Below, in pieces: positions 17,090-26,254 of a DNA stretch of 39,034 nt. The notes under the pieces are model-generated. The model saw only the letters and a list, made by a program, of their open reading frames with translations. It was not told where the DNA came from and did no database searches. A program made the translations under genes and the position numbers. The stretch's first letter is position 1; each line of letters begins with the position of its first letter. This DNA is from Candidatus Allobutyricicoccus pentlandensis (GTDB lineage: Bacteria; Bacillota; Clostridia; Oscillospirales; QAMX01), in assembly GCA_904398645.1 (NCBI GenBank), contig CAJFPH010000125.1, positions 1 to 39,034 on the forward strand. Direction: 5' to 3'.

Positions 17090-20000
17090 TTAACCGTTAA
17101 CATGAACCTGTCGCCCAGCGCAAGTAAAGAAGACTCGACGCCCTTTACAATAGGTTCCTCAAAGATGAAATCACCTGTAAGGACGGCGCGTACTTCTATT
17201 GTAACCGTAAAGTCGCTGCGCAATGCCGTGTTACCTGCTTCATAGTTGCGGCGATCCAAAACGAAGGTGAGTCTGTTTGCCTCCTGCGAGACCAGATAGC
17301 ATCCGGAATTGTGGACATATTCATAGCTGGAATATCGCGTGCCGGAAGGAAGAACGAAATCCAGTGTATAAATTTCGCCGGGACAGTCTTCAGAAAACGT
17401 CACGTAAGACGTAATGCTGGCGATGCTGCCAACAGACAGACTCTCCGGTTCGCACGAAGTTGTGATGCTGATTTGGTCCGCTGCGTTTTCCTGCACGGAA
17501 TCCATGCCACCGGTGTAAACTGCCGTGTAACCTATGCTGCCGGATGTCACGCGGAAGTTCGCCGCCGCGAGATCTTCGCGGTTAAATTGCAAAATAACGG
17601 CAGGCGATTCAGAAAGCGACCACGTTTCGGTTTCTCCATTATAAGCACAGGAGAACGCCGCTGTTGAAGTGGGAAGCGCGGTGCGCGTGACGTAAGACAT
17701 CAGAGCAAAGGCAGGCAGTGTTTCACCGCTTTCGTTGCCAAGGAGGTACAGGATAAAGCCGTCCAGCTGCTGCGCGTCAATCAGATTTGCCAAAAGCGAC
17801 GCATAAACTGTGGCAGCATAATTTTCTTCGAACGTACCGATATCAACGTAATGCCATGTGTCGGATGTTTTCAGATAGGGGAGGACAAGCGCCTGATAAA
17901 GCTCTGTAGCACCGTCGTCATCACCGAGGAGTGCCAGCGCACAGGCAAGCAGGATCCGGTCGGAATCCGTAAAGCTATTCGTGTCGTCAACCAGGACGCG
18001 CAAATCGGAAAGTACCGGTTCGCGCATGGATGCAAGCCCCATATAAGCCGCTGCGATCTCTCCGGAGGTGGCGTTGTGGTTATTGATAATCCCATAGAGA
18101 TAGTTGACGGCCGCTCCCGCGTCGATATGTTCCACTGCGGAAACCAGTGCAAGCGCTGTGGTCAGAGCGTCCGGATCAGCATAGGAGAAGAGCCGTACAC
18201 CACCGCTGTAACCCTGATATGCGGAAAATTCAGGGCGTTCTATAGCCATTTCCGCGTCCGGATCAAGAGTTGAAAGGATATCGGCTGCCGTAATACGCGC
18301 AAGCGTTTGATCGACGCGTTGCCCGCTCATGGAGAGCAGTTCGGAGAGCGCAGACATATAAATCTGACGTTCCGCATCGTAGAAAATCATTGTGACCGGA
18401 TACTTAACGGCATCAATATCGACCGGATCCGAGAGATTGCCATAGGAAATGGCTGTCAACTCGTGACGGCTTTCCTCTATAAGAATCGTACGGGTAATAC
18501 CGTCACGCTGCGAACCGGAGTCTGCAAAAATGGTGATTTCATGACTGCCGGCTTCCAGCGGTCCCAAATTGAAATAGGTGTAACTGCCGGCTTTCCCCTC
18601 GGTCTCGACGACAGACTGACCGTCCACTGTTACCGTATAAGTCACGGCAGCGCCGTCCTGCGCGCCGTATACCCGCGCAGACAGCGAGACATCGTCTCCC
18701 ACTGTATAACTGTCGTTTAACACAAGATTGATGAAAAAGGGAATGGAGACTTCCACATTGTGCGTGGCGCTTCCGGCATACGCATTTTCTGAGACAACTG
18801 CCGCAGTGATGCGCCAGGAGGTCAGATTGTCGGGAAGCGTAAAGGAAAAGTCAGCATTACCAGAAGCGTCTGTCTGTCCGGTCAAAAAAGCCGCCGTATC
18901 GGCAAAATCATTTCGTGCCTCTTCCGAAGCCCCATCTCCACCGCCTTCCGCATAGGCGTCGCTCATATTTTTGTCAACATAAGAGACAAAACGAACCGGC
19001 TCTTCATAATAGCGCATGGTATAAAGCGACGACGCAGGATGAATCTGCTGATCCATGATGGCGAACAACGCTTCGTCAACAACACCGATGGCGTAACTTG
19101 CAGAAACGGGATTGCCCTCTGCATCTGTCACACGGATCGTGCCTTGAACTGTTCCGCCGGGAGAGTAGGCCTCTTCGTCAGTTGTGATATCTACAGAGAG
19201 CTCACGCTCGGTGTAGTCGTATAAAACATAGGCAGGCCGCACGGAGTAGACATGCTTTCCGTCAAAGTAGGCGGCGTAAATGACAACATTGGGGATCATT
19301 TCCTCTGTAAAGGTAAGGGAGAGTTTATTTTCCTCTGCGACGTCATAACGCAGTACATGATCGGTCATCGTCATATAAAGCGATGTGCCGGAAGTCACTT
19401 CCTCTGTACCACAAAGTCCGAAAACGGCGGTCTCCCCAAGCCGGAGATTACCGGCATCGGCATCTTCCCGCAAAAGATAGTAGCCATAGTAATATCCGCC
19501 CGGATAGGTGTCGCTGCCGAGATAAACAGACGTTTCAAAGGCAACGCCATCCGGGGAGGTATAGGTCACATCCATGCGGTAATAAGCGTTGTCGCTGTAA
19601 TCGGCATTTTGATAAGGCGTTGTGGTATATTGCCCGTTGACGGTTGTAAAATCTTCGCTGTACACGACTTCCTCATGACGTTCGTAGTCATAGGTATCAA
19701 CGGTAACTTTATTGATGGCGTCGTAATAGCTCCCGGTGGAATACTTTTCATAATAACACCGTACCAGCGTTGCCGTGCCGCTGACGTCCGCCGATTCGCC
19801 GCGCAATTCGTCAATGTGAGAGTAATAGTCGTTCAAATGTTCCTCAAACGAGACAAAATCAATGGCATTTGACTGAATTTCGACACTGAGTGAATGATCT
19901 GACGCAGCATTCGCCGTCAACATATAATCGCTCGGGAAGTAGTATGCCTGATCAAATGCACTGACATAGACGTCCTCTGCGCCGGTCGTGGATACATTAA

Positions 20001-22068
20001 CATACTGAGTTGTTGGCATCCAGTCTCCGCCATAGGTGTTGGGAAAAACTGTGGCCGACGCGCTGCCGCTGTCATCCAATGTGAGTACGTCGCCGTATGT
20101 GTCTTTTGTCAGCTGCACCGCGAGGCCGGCAGCCGGCGTACCATCGAAAAACTGACCGGATATCGCAACGTCGAGCGTTTCCCCTGCACGATAATAGTCC
20201 TGGTCAAACCCTACGGTGAGCACATAGGCCGGCTTTGTATACTCCATTACTGTATACGCAGTCGAGCAGAGCGTCTCGCCGTTTGCCGCAAAAGAAAGTG
20301 ATACATAGCCGGAGACGTTTCCTTCGAAGGAATAGGCGCCGGTAAACGTGCCGTCAGCCATGACTTCTACCGTGCCGACACTGCGCGGCTCTCCGACGGA
20401 AGATGCCAGAACTTCCAGCTCAGATGGGATAGAAGTTCCGTTTTTAGGAAGGATTACTCCCCAGTAGTGAACCGTATCGGTGGGTTGATAGACCTCACGA
20501 TCCAAATAAATATACGTGTAGTAATCGCCGGACACATTGGTGTCAGTCGTACCGTCTATGCCGACGTAATCCACAAACGTGCGGCTGCCTGATGAGACGC
20601 GAAGTTCTGCATAGGCGGCGTCCGTTTCCTGGTAGGAGATGGATGCCACGCCATCGGCGCCGGTTTTAGCGCTGGCGGCCGAGTCACCGGCGGTCAACGT
20701 GACGTCGGCGCCGGAAAGTACATTGCCGGACTGCGTGTCATGCAGCCAGACGAGCGCTTCACCGTTTAATGCCTGGTAGTAAACGGAAAGTGAGGAGACC
20801 TGAATCAGCTTTTGTACCGTATATGTCGTACCTGCGTTGTCAGAGACGCTGATTTCAGCCAAATACCAACCCTCCACTAAATCAGGGAGAAGCACATACG
20901 AGGGCGTATACCAATAACCGTTTTCCATGGTCACGATTTCCGCCTCAAACGTATCGAGCTGTGTAAGGCCGTCGTGTGACACCTGCACGTCGCCATCGGC
21001 GCCGAGAACCGGATGTAGCGCCCCATACTTTTCTTCTGCAAGGTCTCGGTAGCGATCCGCACTGCCGACGTTGTAAAGCGTTACATGCGCCGTTTTGAAT
21101 TCCTCCGAGGCATAGATGCCGACAGCAATCGCGTCGCCGGGGACGAAGGTTTCGGTAAAGGCGTCTGACAAATAGAACTGCAGGGTATTGCCGACATCTT
21201 CAGCGGGCGTACGGAAGCTGAATTCATATGCAGCTTCCATCACTTCGCCTGACTCTGCGGTAAGGCCCGGCTGTATGGTGACGGTATAGACTGTATTGGG
21301 CGCAAGATTTTCATCAGGAACAAACGCAACGGTTTTGCCATAGTAAAGGAAGGAGCCGGAAACAGACGGCGAAATTTCAAAATAGTCTTCCATTCCGGAT
21401 GAAATCATACGTGAAAAGTTGATTTCAATGCCGGTTTCCAGCGGCATACCGTCTGTGTTATCGCCGGGGAGTGTTGATTCTACACGCAAAGACGCATCTG
21501 TCTGAAATGCCCAGGACTTAGCCGTATCGTCACCTGTCGCAATGGAGACTGTGACAATCTCGCCGTCCTCAAACGGTTCGGACGGAGTCAACGTATAAAG
21601 CGTCTCATTTTCTGCCTGCAAGGTAAAGTCCACGGCAGGCTCGATTGTGATGCGGTCTTCCAGATCATCGGCAGAAATGATTCCTCCGGCGACCTCAATG
21701 AAAAATTCGGTGTCCGGCGTCACGACGCCGGATGTCCTCGCCGCGGCGAGGACATCAAAAGTCATGCCGTCCGCAATATCGCCGGAATCCCCGGAGTTTC
21801 CAGTATTTTCCACATTGTTTGCGGCGGTATTTCCGTCATTCGGATCGCTGCTGCCTGCGGGAAGCATTGGCAGGACGATAAACACGAGAAGCAGACAGGC
21901 CAACGCCAAGGCTCCTGCGGAGTACGCCCAACCGTAACTACGCCGGGACCTTCGTCCGCGTTCGCCCGCCGCGATACGGCGGCGGACCTCCGCTTTCTGG
22001 CCCTCGGTCATCGTCATATCCTGCAAATAGCGATCAACGATGTCTTTTAGTTTGGTTAATTTACTCAA
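17086..22068 (-). CDS. Single-pass membrane protein: short cytoplasmic anti-sigma-like N-terminus, Ig-like (SbsA_Ig) domains and an alpha-2-macroglobulin-like ectodomain
   Basis: The N-terminal ~45 aa are followed by a TM helix (GALALACLLLVFIVLPML). SbsA-Ig-like segment 'APNTVYTVTIQPGLTAESGE'. MG-domain-like 'DREVYQPTDTVHYWGVILPK'. A2M hallmark 'FSFTLPDNLTSWRITAAVVSEN'. An alpha-helical TED-like C-terminal region is present. No C-x-E-Q motif anywhere. TTG start at 22068 with GGAGG 9 nt upstream, 23 nt after the ECF sigma stop. Confidence 0.82.
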   Translation of the reverse strand: MSKLTKLKDIVDRYLQDMTMTEGQKAEVRRRIAAGERGRRSRRSYGWAYSAGALALACLLLVFIVLPMLPAGSSDPNDGNTAANNVENTGNSGDSGDIADGMTFDVLAAARTSGVVTPDTEFFIEVAGGIISADDLEDRITIEPAVDFTLQAENETLYTLTPSEPFEDGEIVTVSIATGDDTAKSWAFQTDASLRVESTLPGDNTDGMPLETGIEINFSRMISSGMEDYFEISPSVSGSFLYYGKTVAFVPDENLAPNTVYTVTIQPGLTAESGEVMEAAYEFSFRTPAEDVGNTLQFYLSDAFTETFVPGDAIAVGIYASEEFKTAHVTLYNVGSADRYRDLAEEKYGALHPVLGADGDVQVSHDGLTQLDTFEAEIVTMENGYWYTPSYVLLPDLVEGWYLAEISVSDNAGTTYTVQKLIQVSSLSVYYQALNGEALVWLHDTQSGNVLSGADVTLTAGDSAASAKTGADGVASISYQETDAAYAELRVSSGSRTFVDYVGIDGTTDTNVSGDYYTYIYLDREVYQPTDTVHYWGVILPKNGTSIPSELEVLASSVGEPRSVGTVEVMADGTFTGAYSFEGNVSGYVSLSFAANGETLCSTAYTVMEYTKPAYVLTVGFDQDYYRAGETLDVAISGQFFDGTPAAGLAVQLTKDTYGDVLTLDDSGSASATVFPNTYGGDWMPTTQYVNVSTTGAEDVYVSAFDQAYYFPSDYMLTANAASDHSLSVEIQSNAIDFVSFEEHLNDYYSHIDELRGESADVSGTATLVRCYYEKYSTGSYYDAINKVTVDTYDYERHEEVVYSEDFTTVNGQYTTTPYQNADYSDNAYYRMDVTYTSPDGVAFETSVYLGSDTYPGGYYYGYYLLREDADAGNLRLGETAVFGLCGTEEVTSGTSLYMTMTDHVLRYDVAEENKLSLTFTEEMIPNVVIYAAYFDGKHVYSVRPAYVLYDYTERELSVDITTDEEAYSPGGTVQGTIRVTDAEGNPVSASYAIGVVDEALFAIMDQQIHPASSLYTMRYYEEPVRFVSYVDKNMSDAYAEGGGDGASEEARNDFADTAAFLTGQTDASGNADFSFTLPDNLTSWRITAAVVSENAYAGSATHNVEVSIPFFINLVLNDSYTVGDDVSLSARVYGAQDGAAVTYTVTVDGQSVVETEGKAGSYTYFNLGPLEAGSHEITIFADSGSQRDGITRTILIEESRHELTAISYGNLSDPVDIDAVKYPVTMIFYDAERQIYMSALSELLSMSGQRVDQTLARITAADILSTLDPDAEMAIERPEFSAYQGYSGGVRLFSYADPDALTTALALVSAVEHIDAGAAVNYLYGIINNHNATSGEIAAAYMGLASMREPVLSDLRVLVDDTNSFTDSDRILLACALALLGDDDGATELYQALVLPYLKTSDTWHYVDIGTFEENYAATVYASLLANLIDAQQLDGFILYLLGNESGETLPAFALMSYVTRTALPTSTAAFSCAYNGETETWSLSESPAVILQFNREDLAAANFRVTSGSIGYTAVYTGGMDSVQENAADQISITTSCEPESLSVGSIASITSYVTFSEDCPGEIYTLDFVLPSGTRYSSYEYVHNSGCYLVSQEANRLTFVLDRRNYEAGNTALRSDFTVTIEVRAVLTGDFIFEEPIVKGVESSLLALGDRFMLTVK

Positions 22069-22091
22069 TCTTAAAAACCTCCGAAAGCCGT

Positions 22092-22616
22092 TTAGATCGT
22101 TTCATCCTGCAGTATATTGCGAAGCATATCGCGTCCACGCTTTAACCGGACATTAACCGTAGATTTTGCGGTATGCTGTATATGTGCGATTTCTTCCGCT
22201 TTGAAACCGTCATAATAATAAAGGAGGATTGTCTGCCGGTAGATATCGGGCAGGCTCTGTATGGCGTCGAGCAGGACGATATTCTCGTCGCGATCAATTG
22301 CATCCTGTTCCGGTGTACCGGACGCATCTGCAGCCATATAGTCTGAAAATTCCTCCGGACGGTCGCGATAGGAACGCTTACGCATCATATCGCGACACAC
22401 GTTCATCGCAATACGGGTAATCCAGGTTTTCTCACTGGATTCCGAACGGAATGAAGAATATTTTGAATAGACCTTGATGAACGTCTCCTGTACGGCATCC
22501 TGTGCCAGATGATAATCTTTTAAATACAGATAGCATAGGCGCAGCAAGCCTGTGCCATAAGAATCCATGATCCTGTCGAGATCAGGCAGATCGTTTGTAG
22601 TTGTGAAAAACAGCAC
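22092..22616 (-). CDS. ECF-type sigma-70 family RNA polymerase sigma factor
   Basis: Region 2 'HLAQDAVQETFIKVY..WITRIAMNVCRDMMRKR'. Region 4 'LPDIYRQTILLYYYDGFKAEEIAHIQHTAKSTVNVRLKRGRDML'. The start is uncertain: GTG 22616 has AGGAGG at good spacing, ATG 22622 abuts the SD, and the track ORF starts at 22658. Confidence 0.82.
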   Translation of the reverse strand: MLFFTTTNDLPDLDRIMDSYGTGLLRLCYLYLKDYHLAQDAVQETFIKVYSKYSSFRSESSEKTWITRIAMNVCRDMMRKRSYRDRPEEFSDYMAADASGTPEQDAIDRDENIVLLDAIQSLPDIYRQTILLYYYDGFKAEEIAHIQHTAKSTVNVRLKRGRDMLRNILQDETI

Positions 22617-22704
22617 TGTCATCCTCCTGCAATGTGAGCAATCCGCCGTTTCATACATTAGACGAATGATACGACTGATAAATTACGATGAATGAGATAT
22701 GAAA

Positions 22705-22736
22705 ATAGTATACCATAAATATAGTATACCATAAAT
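22705..22736. repeat. Perfect 16-bp tandem direct repeat x2 (ATAGTATACCATAAAT)
   Basis: Read directly: 22705-22720 is identical to 22721-22736. Each unit has a GTATAC palindromic core. On the minus strand each unit reads TGGTATACT (extended -10-like). It lies about 85-120 nt upstream of the ECF sigma start. Confidence 0.9.
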
Positions 22737-22769
22737 TAAGATGAAAAAAAGAGAAAAAAAGTTTTATGT

Positions 22770-22805
22770 GCAAAAAGAAAGACGCGATTATAAAATAATC
22801 GCGTC
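22770..22805 (-). terminator. Intrinsic terminator of sigE
   Basis: 10-bp stem GACGCGAUUA/UAAUCGCGUC with a 5-nt loop, followed on the minus strand by UUUCUUUUU. Confidence 0.8.
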
Positions 22806-22853
22806 AAAACGAAAATGATTGGTTAAAATCTGAACGAAAAGAGACGTCCACAA

Positions 22854-23582
22854 TCAGATCAGCCGTGCAATATCATTTTTTAGTTTTGAGATAATTTTCT
22901 TTTCCAGTCTTGAAATATAGGATTGTGAAATTCCCATTAAATCGGCCACTTCCTTTTGCGTCATTTCCCGCACGCCGCCGAGGCCGAACCGCAGCGTTAT
23001 GATTTGCCGCTCCCGTTCGTTTAGCCGTCCAAGCGCTTCAGAGAGAAGCTGGCGGTCGGCATCGTCTTCCAAAGGTCGGATGACGCTGTCTGGTTCTGTG
23101 CCGAGAATATCGGAGAGCAACAGCTCATTTCCGTCCCAATCGGTATTGAGCGGCTCGTCAATTGATATTTCATGGCGCCTGTTGGAACTTTTACGCAGGA
23201 ACATTAATATTTCGTTTTCAATGCAGCGCGATGCATAGGTGGCGAGTTTTATGTTTTTGGCAGGATCGTAGGTATGAATCGCCTTAATCAAGCCGATCGT
23301 ACCAATGGAAATCAGGTCTTCGATATTGACATTTGTGTTTTCAAATTTTCGCGCTATGTAGACGACAAGTCTGAGATTGCGTTCGATGAAGATACGGCTG
23401 ACCTCCTGATCGCCGTAATGTTCCATCAGGCGAAGTTCCTCCTCCGGTGAGAGCGGCTGAGGCAGGCTTTCCGCGCCGCCGATATAGAAGATGCTACCGG
23501 TTCGTCCAATACCGCGCAGCCATTTGAACCGGTTTTTCAGCAGATAAATCCGGGTTAAAAACGTTTTCCAAAAGTGCTTCAT
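22854..23582 (-). CDS. sigE: Sporulation sigma factor SigE (pro-sigma-E)
   Basis: '[14 protein letters not shown]', '[35 protein letters not shown]' and '[14 protein letters not shown]' closely parallel B. subtilis SigE. It lies 16 nt downstream of spoIIGA. ATG 23582 has AGGAGG upstream. Confidence 0.92.
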   Translation of the reverse strand: MKHFWKTFLTRIYLLKNRFKWLRGIGRTGSIFYIGGAESLPQPLSPEEELRLMEHYGDQEVSRIFIERNLRLVVYIARKFENTNVNIEDLISIGTIGLIKAIHTYDPAKNIKLATYASRCIENEILMFLRKSSNRRHEISIDEPLNTDWDGNELLLSDILGTEPDSVIRPLEDDADRQLLSEALGRLNERERQIITLRFGLGGVREMTQKEVADLMGISQSYISRLEKKIISKLKNDIARLI

Positions 23583-23598
23583 GCCAGGCTCCTCCTTT

Positions 23599-24468
23599 TC
23601 ATGCGCCAATTACTGCGCCGCATCCTGTTTCTTCCGATAGTTCTGTTTCCGTAAGCGCAACAAGCGCGCCTTCCAATGCGTTGTCGTTTTCCCGGACGCT
23701 GTCTGCCCGCAGGGCCAGCAGCAAACCATGTTTTGTGCCAATGGCACGATAGGGAATCAGGCGAAACCCATCACCGTACCCTGCGCCTGCAAGCATCCTG
23801 AGCGTTTCGGCCGCATCGGAAACGCCAAACACATCAAAGATCGCACGCATGCCATGTGGAAATGCATCACGTACCCGGGTGTATTCCACAACGACGATAC
23901 GGCCGTTTGTAAGCGGATCGGTAAGCCGGTTACCGGTGTCTACCATTGCCTCCAGTTCAATCGTTTTTCCAAACAGTGTGATCGCTACAACGGTACGCAG
24001 TACCGCATGTTCAGAGAGCCTCGGCGCATTTTTCAGGAGCAATGTCATAATCAAGTAGGCGCCAAGCGCTACTGCAATGAGAACGGTTGAAGAGATCCCT
24101 GCGTACAAGACGCCGTTGCGCACAGCGGCATTTTCCGGGTTTGTAAATTTGAAAAGCGCCATCATGGCGCCGGCGAACGCAAAACTGACTACATAAAAAA
24201 TCAATGTTCGCCGTAGAAAGGTTCTCCAGTCATGAAAACCGTATGAGATTACGCTCATCAATGCTGAAAATGCCGTCTTTGCAAGGACGGTATAAAAAAT
24301 ATGTAGCTCCGGAAAAAACATAAAGCAGGCATAGAGGGCGCCTGCTGCCGCTCCGGCAAAGATACGCAGACGCTTGATCTGTGAACCGCAAAGCATGGCG
24401 GAGGTGAGGAGCAGCAGGTAATTGATGATAAGGTTTAAAATAAAGAGCTCATCTATATATACGACCAT
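23599..24468 (-). CDS. spoIIGA: Sigma-E processing peptidase SpoIIGA
   Basis: Polytopic N-terminus '[19 protein letters not shown]'. Aspartic protease motif '[12 protein letters not shown]'. Located immediately upstream of sigE. Confidence 0.9.
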   Translation of the reverse strand: MVVYIDELFILNLIINYLLLLTSAMLCGSQIKRLRIFAGAAAGALYACFMFFPELHIFYTVLAKTAFSALMSVISYGFHDWRTFLRRTLIFYVVSFAFAGAMMALFKFTNPENAAVRNGVLYAGISSTVLIAVALGAYLIMTLLLKNAPRLSEHAVLRTVVAITLFGKTIELEAMVDTGNRLTDPLTNGRIVVVEYTRVRDAFPHGMRAIFDVFGVSDAAETLRMLAGAGYGDGFRLIPYRAIGTKHGLLLALRADSVRENDNALEGALVALTETELSEETGCGAVIGA

Positions 24469-24669
24469 GTCCGCCTCCTAATGCCATGCCGGCATAAATT
24501 TCTTCATGCTATTCTGCCATAGTTATCATTATAGCGTTAGACCACTTGAATATGTGTCTTTTTCGGTCCGCGAATGGAAACTGCTTTTGGGGAATGCGGT
24601 GGGGAAGCGCAAAAAAACGTTTTGAAAGCAAAGCATGCTGTGGACTTTGGGAATATGGTTTTTTTATGG

Positions 24670-24698
24670 TTGCTATTTCACCTGCAAAATAGTATAAT
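24670..24698 (+). promoter_or_regulatory. Candidate sigma-70 promoter for the GH8 gene
   Basis: TTGCTA-17 nt-TATAAT, about 120 nt upstream of ATG 24818. Confidence 0.5.
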
Positions 24699-24817
24699 AT
24701 ATACAAAGCCGCTTCGTGCTGGACAAGCATGGAATGATATGGATGGTATGCCTGGGCCTCTGAAGGGGCGCTGCAAAAACAGGAACCATCAGTCAAAAAT
24801 AAAGGGGAAGATGTGTT

Positions 24818-25981
24818 ATGAACAGAAAGGGAGCGTTTTACACGGGTGAATATCGTAATGTATTTGCGGAATACGGCTACGACCCGGCGGAAATCGACCG
24901 CCGCGTAGAGGAAACCTATGAAGAAATGTTTCATGGGCCGGCTGACCGTGTGCTTTTTCACCCGGATTGGCCGGACAAAGCGAGCTTTGAAGATACCGGT
25001 AATGTAGATGCCCGCACGGAAGGCATGAGTTACTCTATGATGATGGCCGTTCAAATGGACCGTCAGGAAGATTTTGACCGGCTCTGGAACTTCAGCATGA
25101 CTTTTATGCATCATAAGGATGGTCCGTACCGCGGCTATTTTGCATGGACAACGGCTTTGGACGGTACGCGCAATGCCGATGGCCCCGCGCCGGATGGCGA
25201 GGAGTATTATGCACTGGCGCTCTTTTTTGCATCCCATCGCTGGGGAGACCGGGAAGCACCGTATAATTACAGTGAGCAGGCCCGCGCCATTCTCCATGAG
25301 TGTGTTCACAAGGGAGAAAACGGTGAAGAAGGCCGCGCTATGTGGGATCCTGAAAATTATCTGATTCGTTTCGTCCCGGAGGCGGATTCAACGGATGCGT
25401 CTTATCATCTGCCGCATTTTTACGAACTGTTTGCTTTGTGGGCAAATGAAGAAGACCGTGCGTTTTGGAAGAAAGCGGCGGCGGCCAGCCGCGAATATCT
25501 TCATAAGGCTTGTCACCCGGTGACAGGCCTTGCACCGGAGTTTGGCGAATACGACGGTTCTCCGCGTAATTTCAATGGGCGCGGCGTCAGCCGTTATTAC
25601 TCCGACGCTTACCGCGTGCCTGCGAATATCGGCCTGGATTCCCTGTGGTTCAATGTCGATCCATGGCAGCACGAAAATAACGGAAAGCTTCAGAAATTTT
25701 TCTGTGAAACGGAGCCGGAGCATGACTACCGTGTATATATGATTGACGGTACGGTGATTGACGAGCCGGCACTGCATCCGGTCGGTATTATTGCGACAAA
25801 CGCTGAGGCGTCAATTGCGTCGTCACAATCGGAAGCGTACAAAGATTATGCACGCAGGTGTGTGGAACTCTTTTGGAACACGCCGCTGCGCACGGGGATT
25901 CGCCGCTATTACGATAACTGCCTTTATATGTTTGCCATGCTGGCGCTTTCCGGCCGTTACCGTATCTGGTGGCCGAAATAA
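24818..25981 (+). CDS. Glycoside hydrolase family 8, reducing-end xylose-releasing exo-oligoxylanase (Rex) type
   Basis: Long colinear similarity, from memory, to Bacillus halodurans Rex: 'GAFYTGEYRNVF', 'DARTEGMSYSMMMAVQMDR', 'GPAPDGEEYYALALFFASHRWGD', 'SYHLPHFYELFALWANEEDR', 'RRYYDNCLYMFAMLALSG'. Confidence 0.9.
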   Translation: MNRKGAFYTGEYRNVFAEYGYDPAEIDRRVEETYEEMFHGPADRVLFHPDWPDKASFEDTGNVDARTEGMSYSMMMAVQMDRQEDFDRLWNFSMTFMHHKDGPYRGYFAWTTALDGTRNADGPAPDGEEYYALALFFASHRWGDREAPYNYSEQARAILHECVHKGENGEEGRAMWDPENYLIRFVPEADSTDASYHLPHFYELFALWANEEDRAFWKKAAAASREYLHKACHPVTGLAPEFGEYDGSPRNFNGRGVSRYYSDAYRVPANIGLDSLWFNVDPWQHENNGKLQKFFCETEPEHDYRVYMIDGTVIDEPALHPVGIIATNAEASIASSQSEAYKDYARRCVELFWNTPLRTGIRRYYDNCLYMFAMLALSGRYRIWWPK

Positions 25982-26009
25982 GCTGTGTCACAGGAATAAT
26001 CAATAACTC

Positions 26010-26038
26010 GAGGGGACGTTTTGTCCCCTCTGTTTTTT
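26010..26038 (+). terminator. Intrinsic terminator of the GH8 gene
   Basis: GAGGGGAC-guuuu-GUCCCCUC followed by UGUUUUUU. Confidence 0.85.
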
Positions 26039-26116
26039 ATGGAAAGACGAAAAAATTTTTTAAGGTGTTTTCATAGAAGCGAAGTCCCTTGCCTCCTTTA
26101 GGGCGTTTCTCGGTCT

Positions 26117-26254
26117 TTAAATTTTCCCGCGGCAAATTATCAAGACAATTGCACAGACCACACCGAGTACAAGAGACGCCGCTGTGCAGGTCAGTAACGC
26201 ATCCCATGTAATTTGTCCTGTTAAAATTGTATCAAGCACAGACGAGCACCCCAT
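26117..26254 (-). pseudogene. DUF4956 family membrane protein, N-terminal fragment (first TM helix only)
   Basis: The product is MGCSSVLDTILTGQITWDALLTCTAASLVLGVVCAIVLIIC, then RGKI and a stop. It overlaps the VTC gene stop by 23 nt, as a second operon gene would. The rest of the family sequence is missing here and is found at 35329 on the other strand. Confidence 0.6.

Noticed and set aside
22705-22736. Possible CRISPR-like or minisatellite array
   Set aside because: There are only two directly abutting 16-bp copies, with no spacers. It is reported as a tandem repeat only.
22741-22818. 25-aa highly basic ORF (MKKREKKFYVQKERRDYKIIASKRK)
   Set aside because: It has no SD. The sequence is the A-rich tract and stem of the sigE terminator, so the open frame is incidental.
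24509-25309. 266-aa ORF antisense to the GH8 gene and its promoter region
   Set aside because: It is a shadow ORF with no motifs or RBS. The opposite strand carries near full-length similarity to Rex-type GH8.
26041-26056. GGAAAGACGAAAAAAT near the left inversion junction, resembling GGAAAGATACGAAAAT at 35263-35278 near the right junction
   Set aside because: The match is imperfect (a 2-nt indel), A-rich and short. The two copies are 60-75 nt from the inferred breakpoints and in direct orientation, so they are not the inverted orientation a flip would require. It is most likely chance.
26090-26170. Inverted repeats flanking the putative 9.2-kb inversion (invertase-type switch)
   Set aside because: By-eye comparison of 26090-26170 with the reverse complement of 35280-35360 gave only a 6-mer (GACAAT) and an ATA microhomology. 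No recombinase gene is nearby. I therefore do not call it a programmed inverton.
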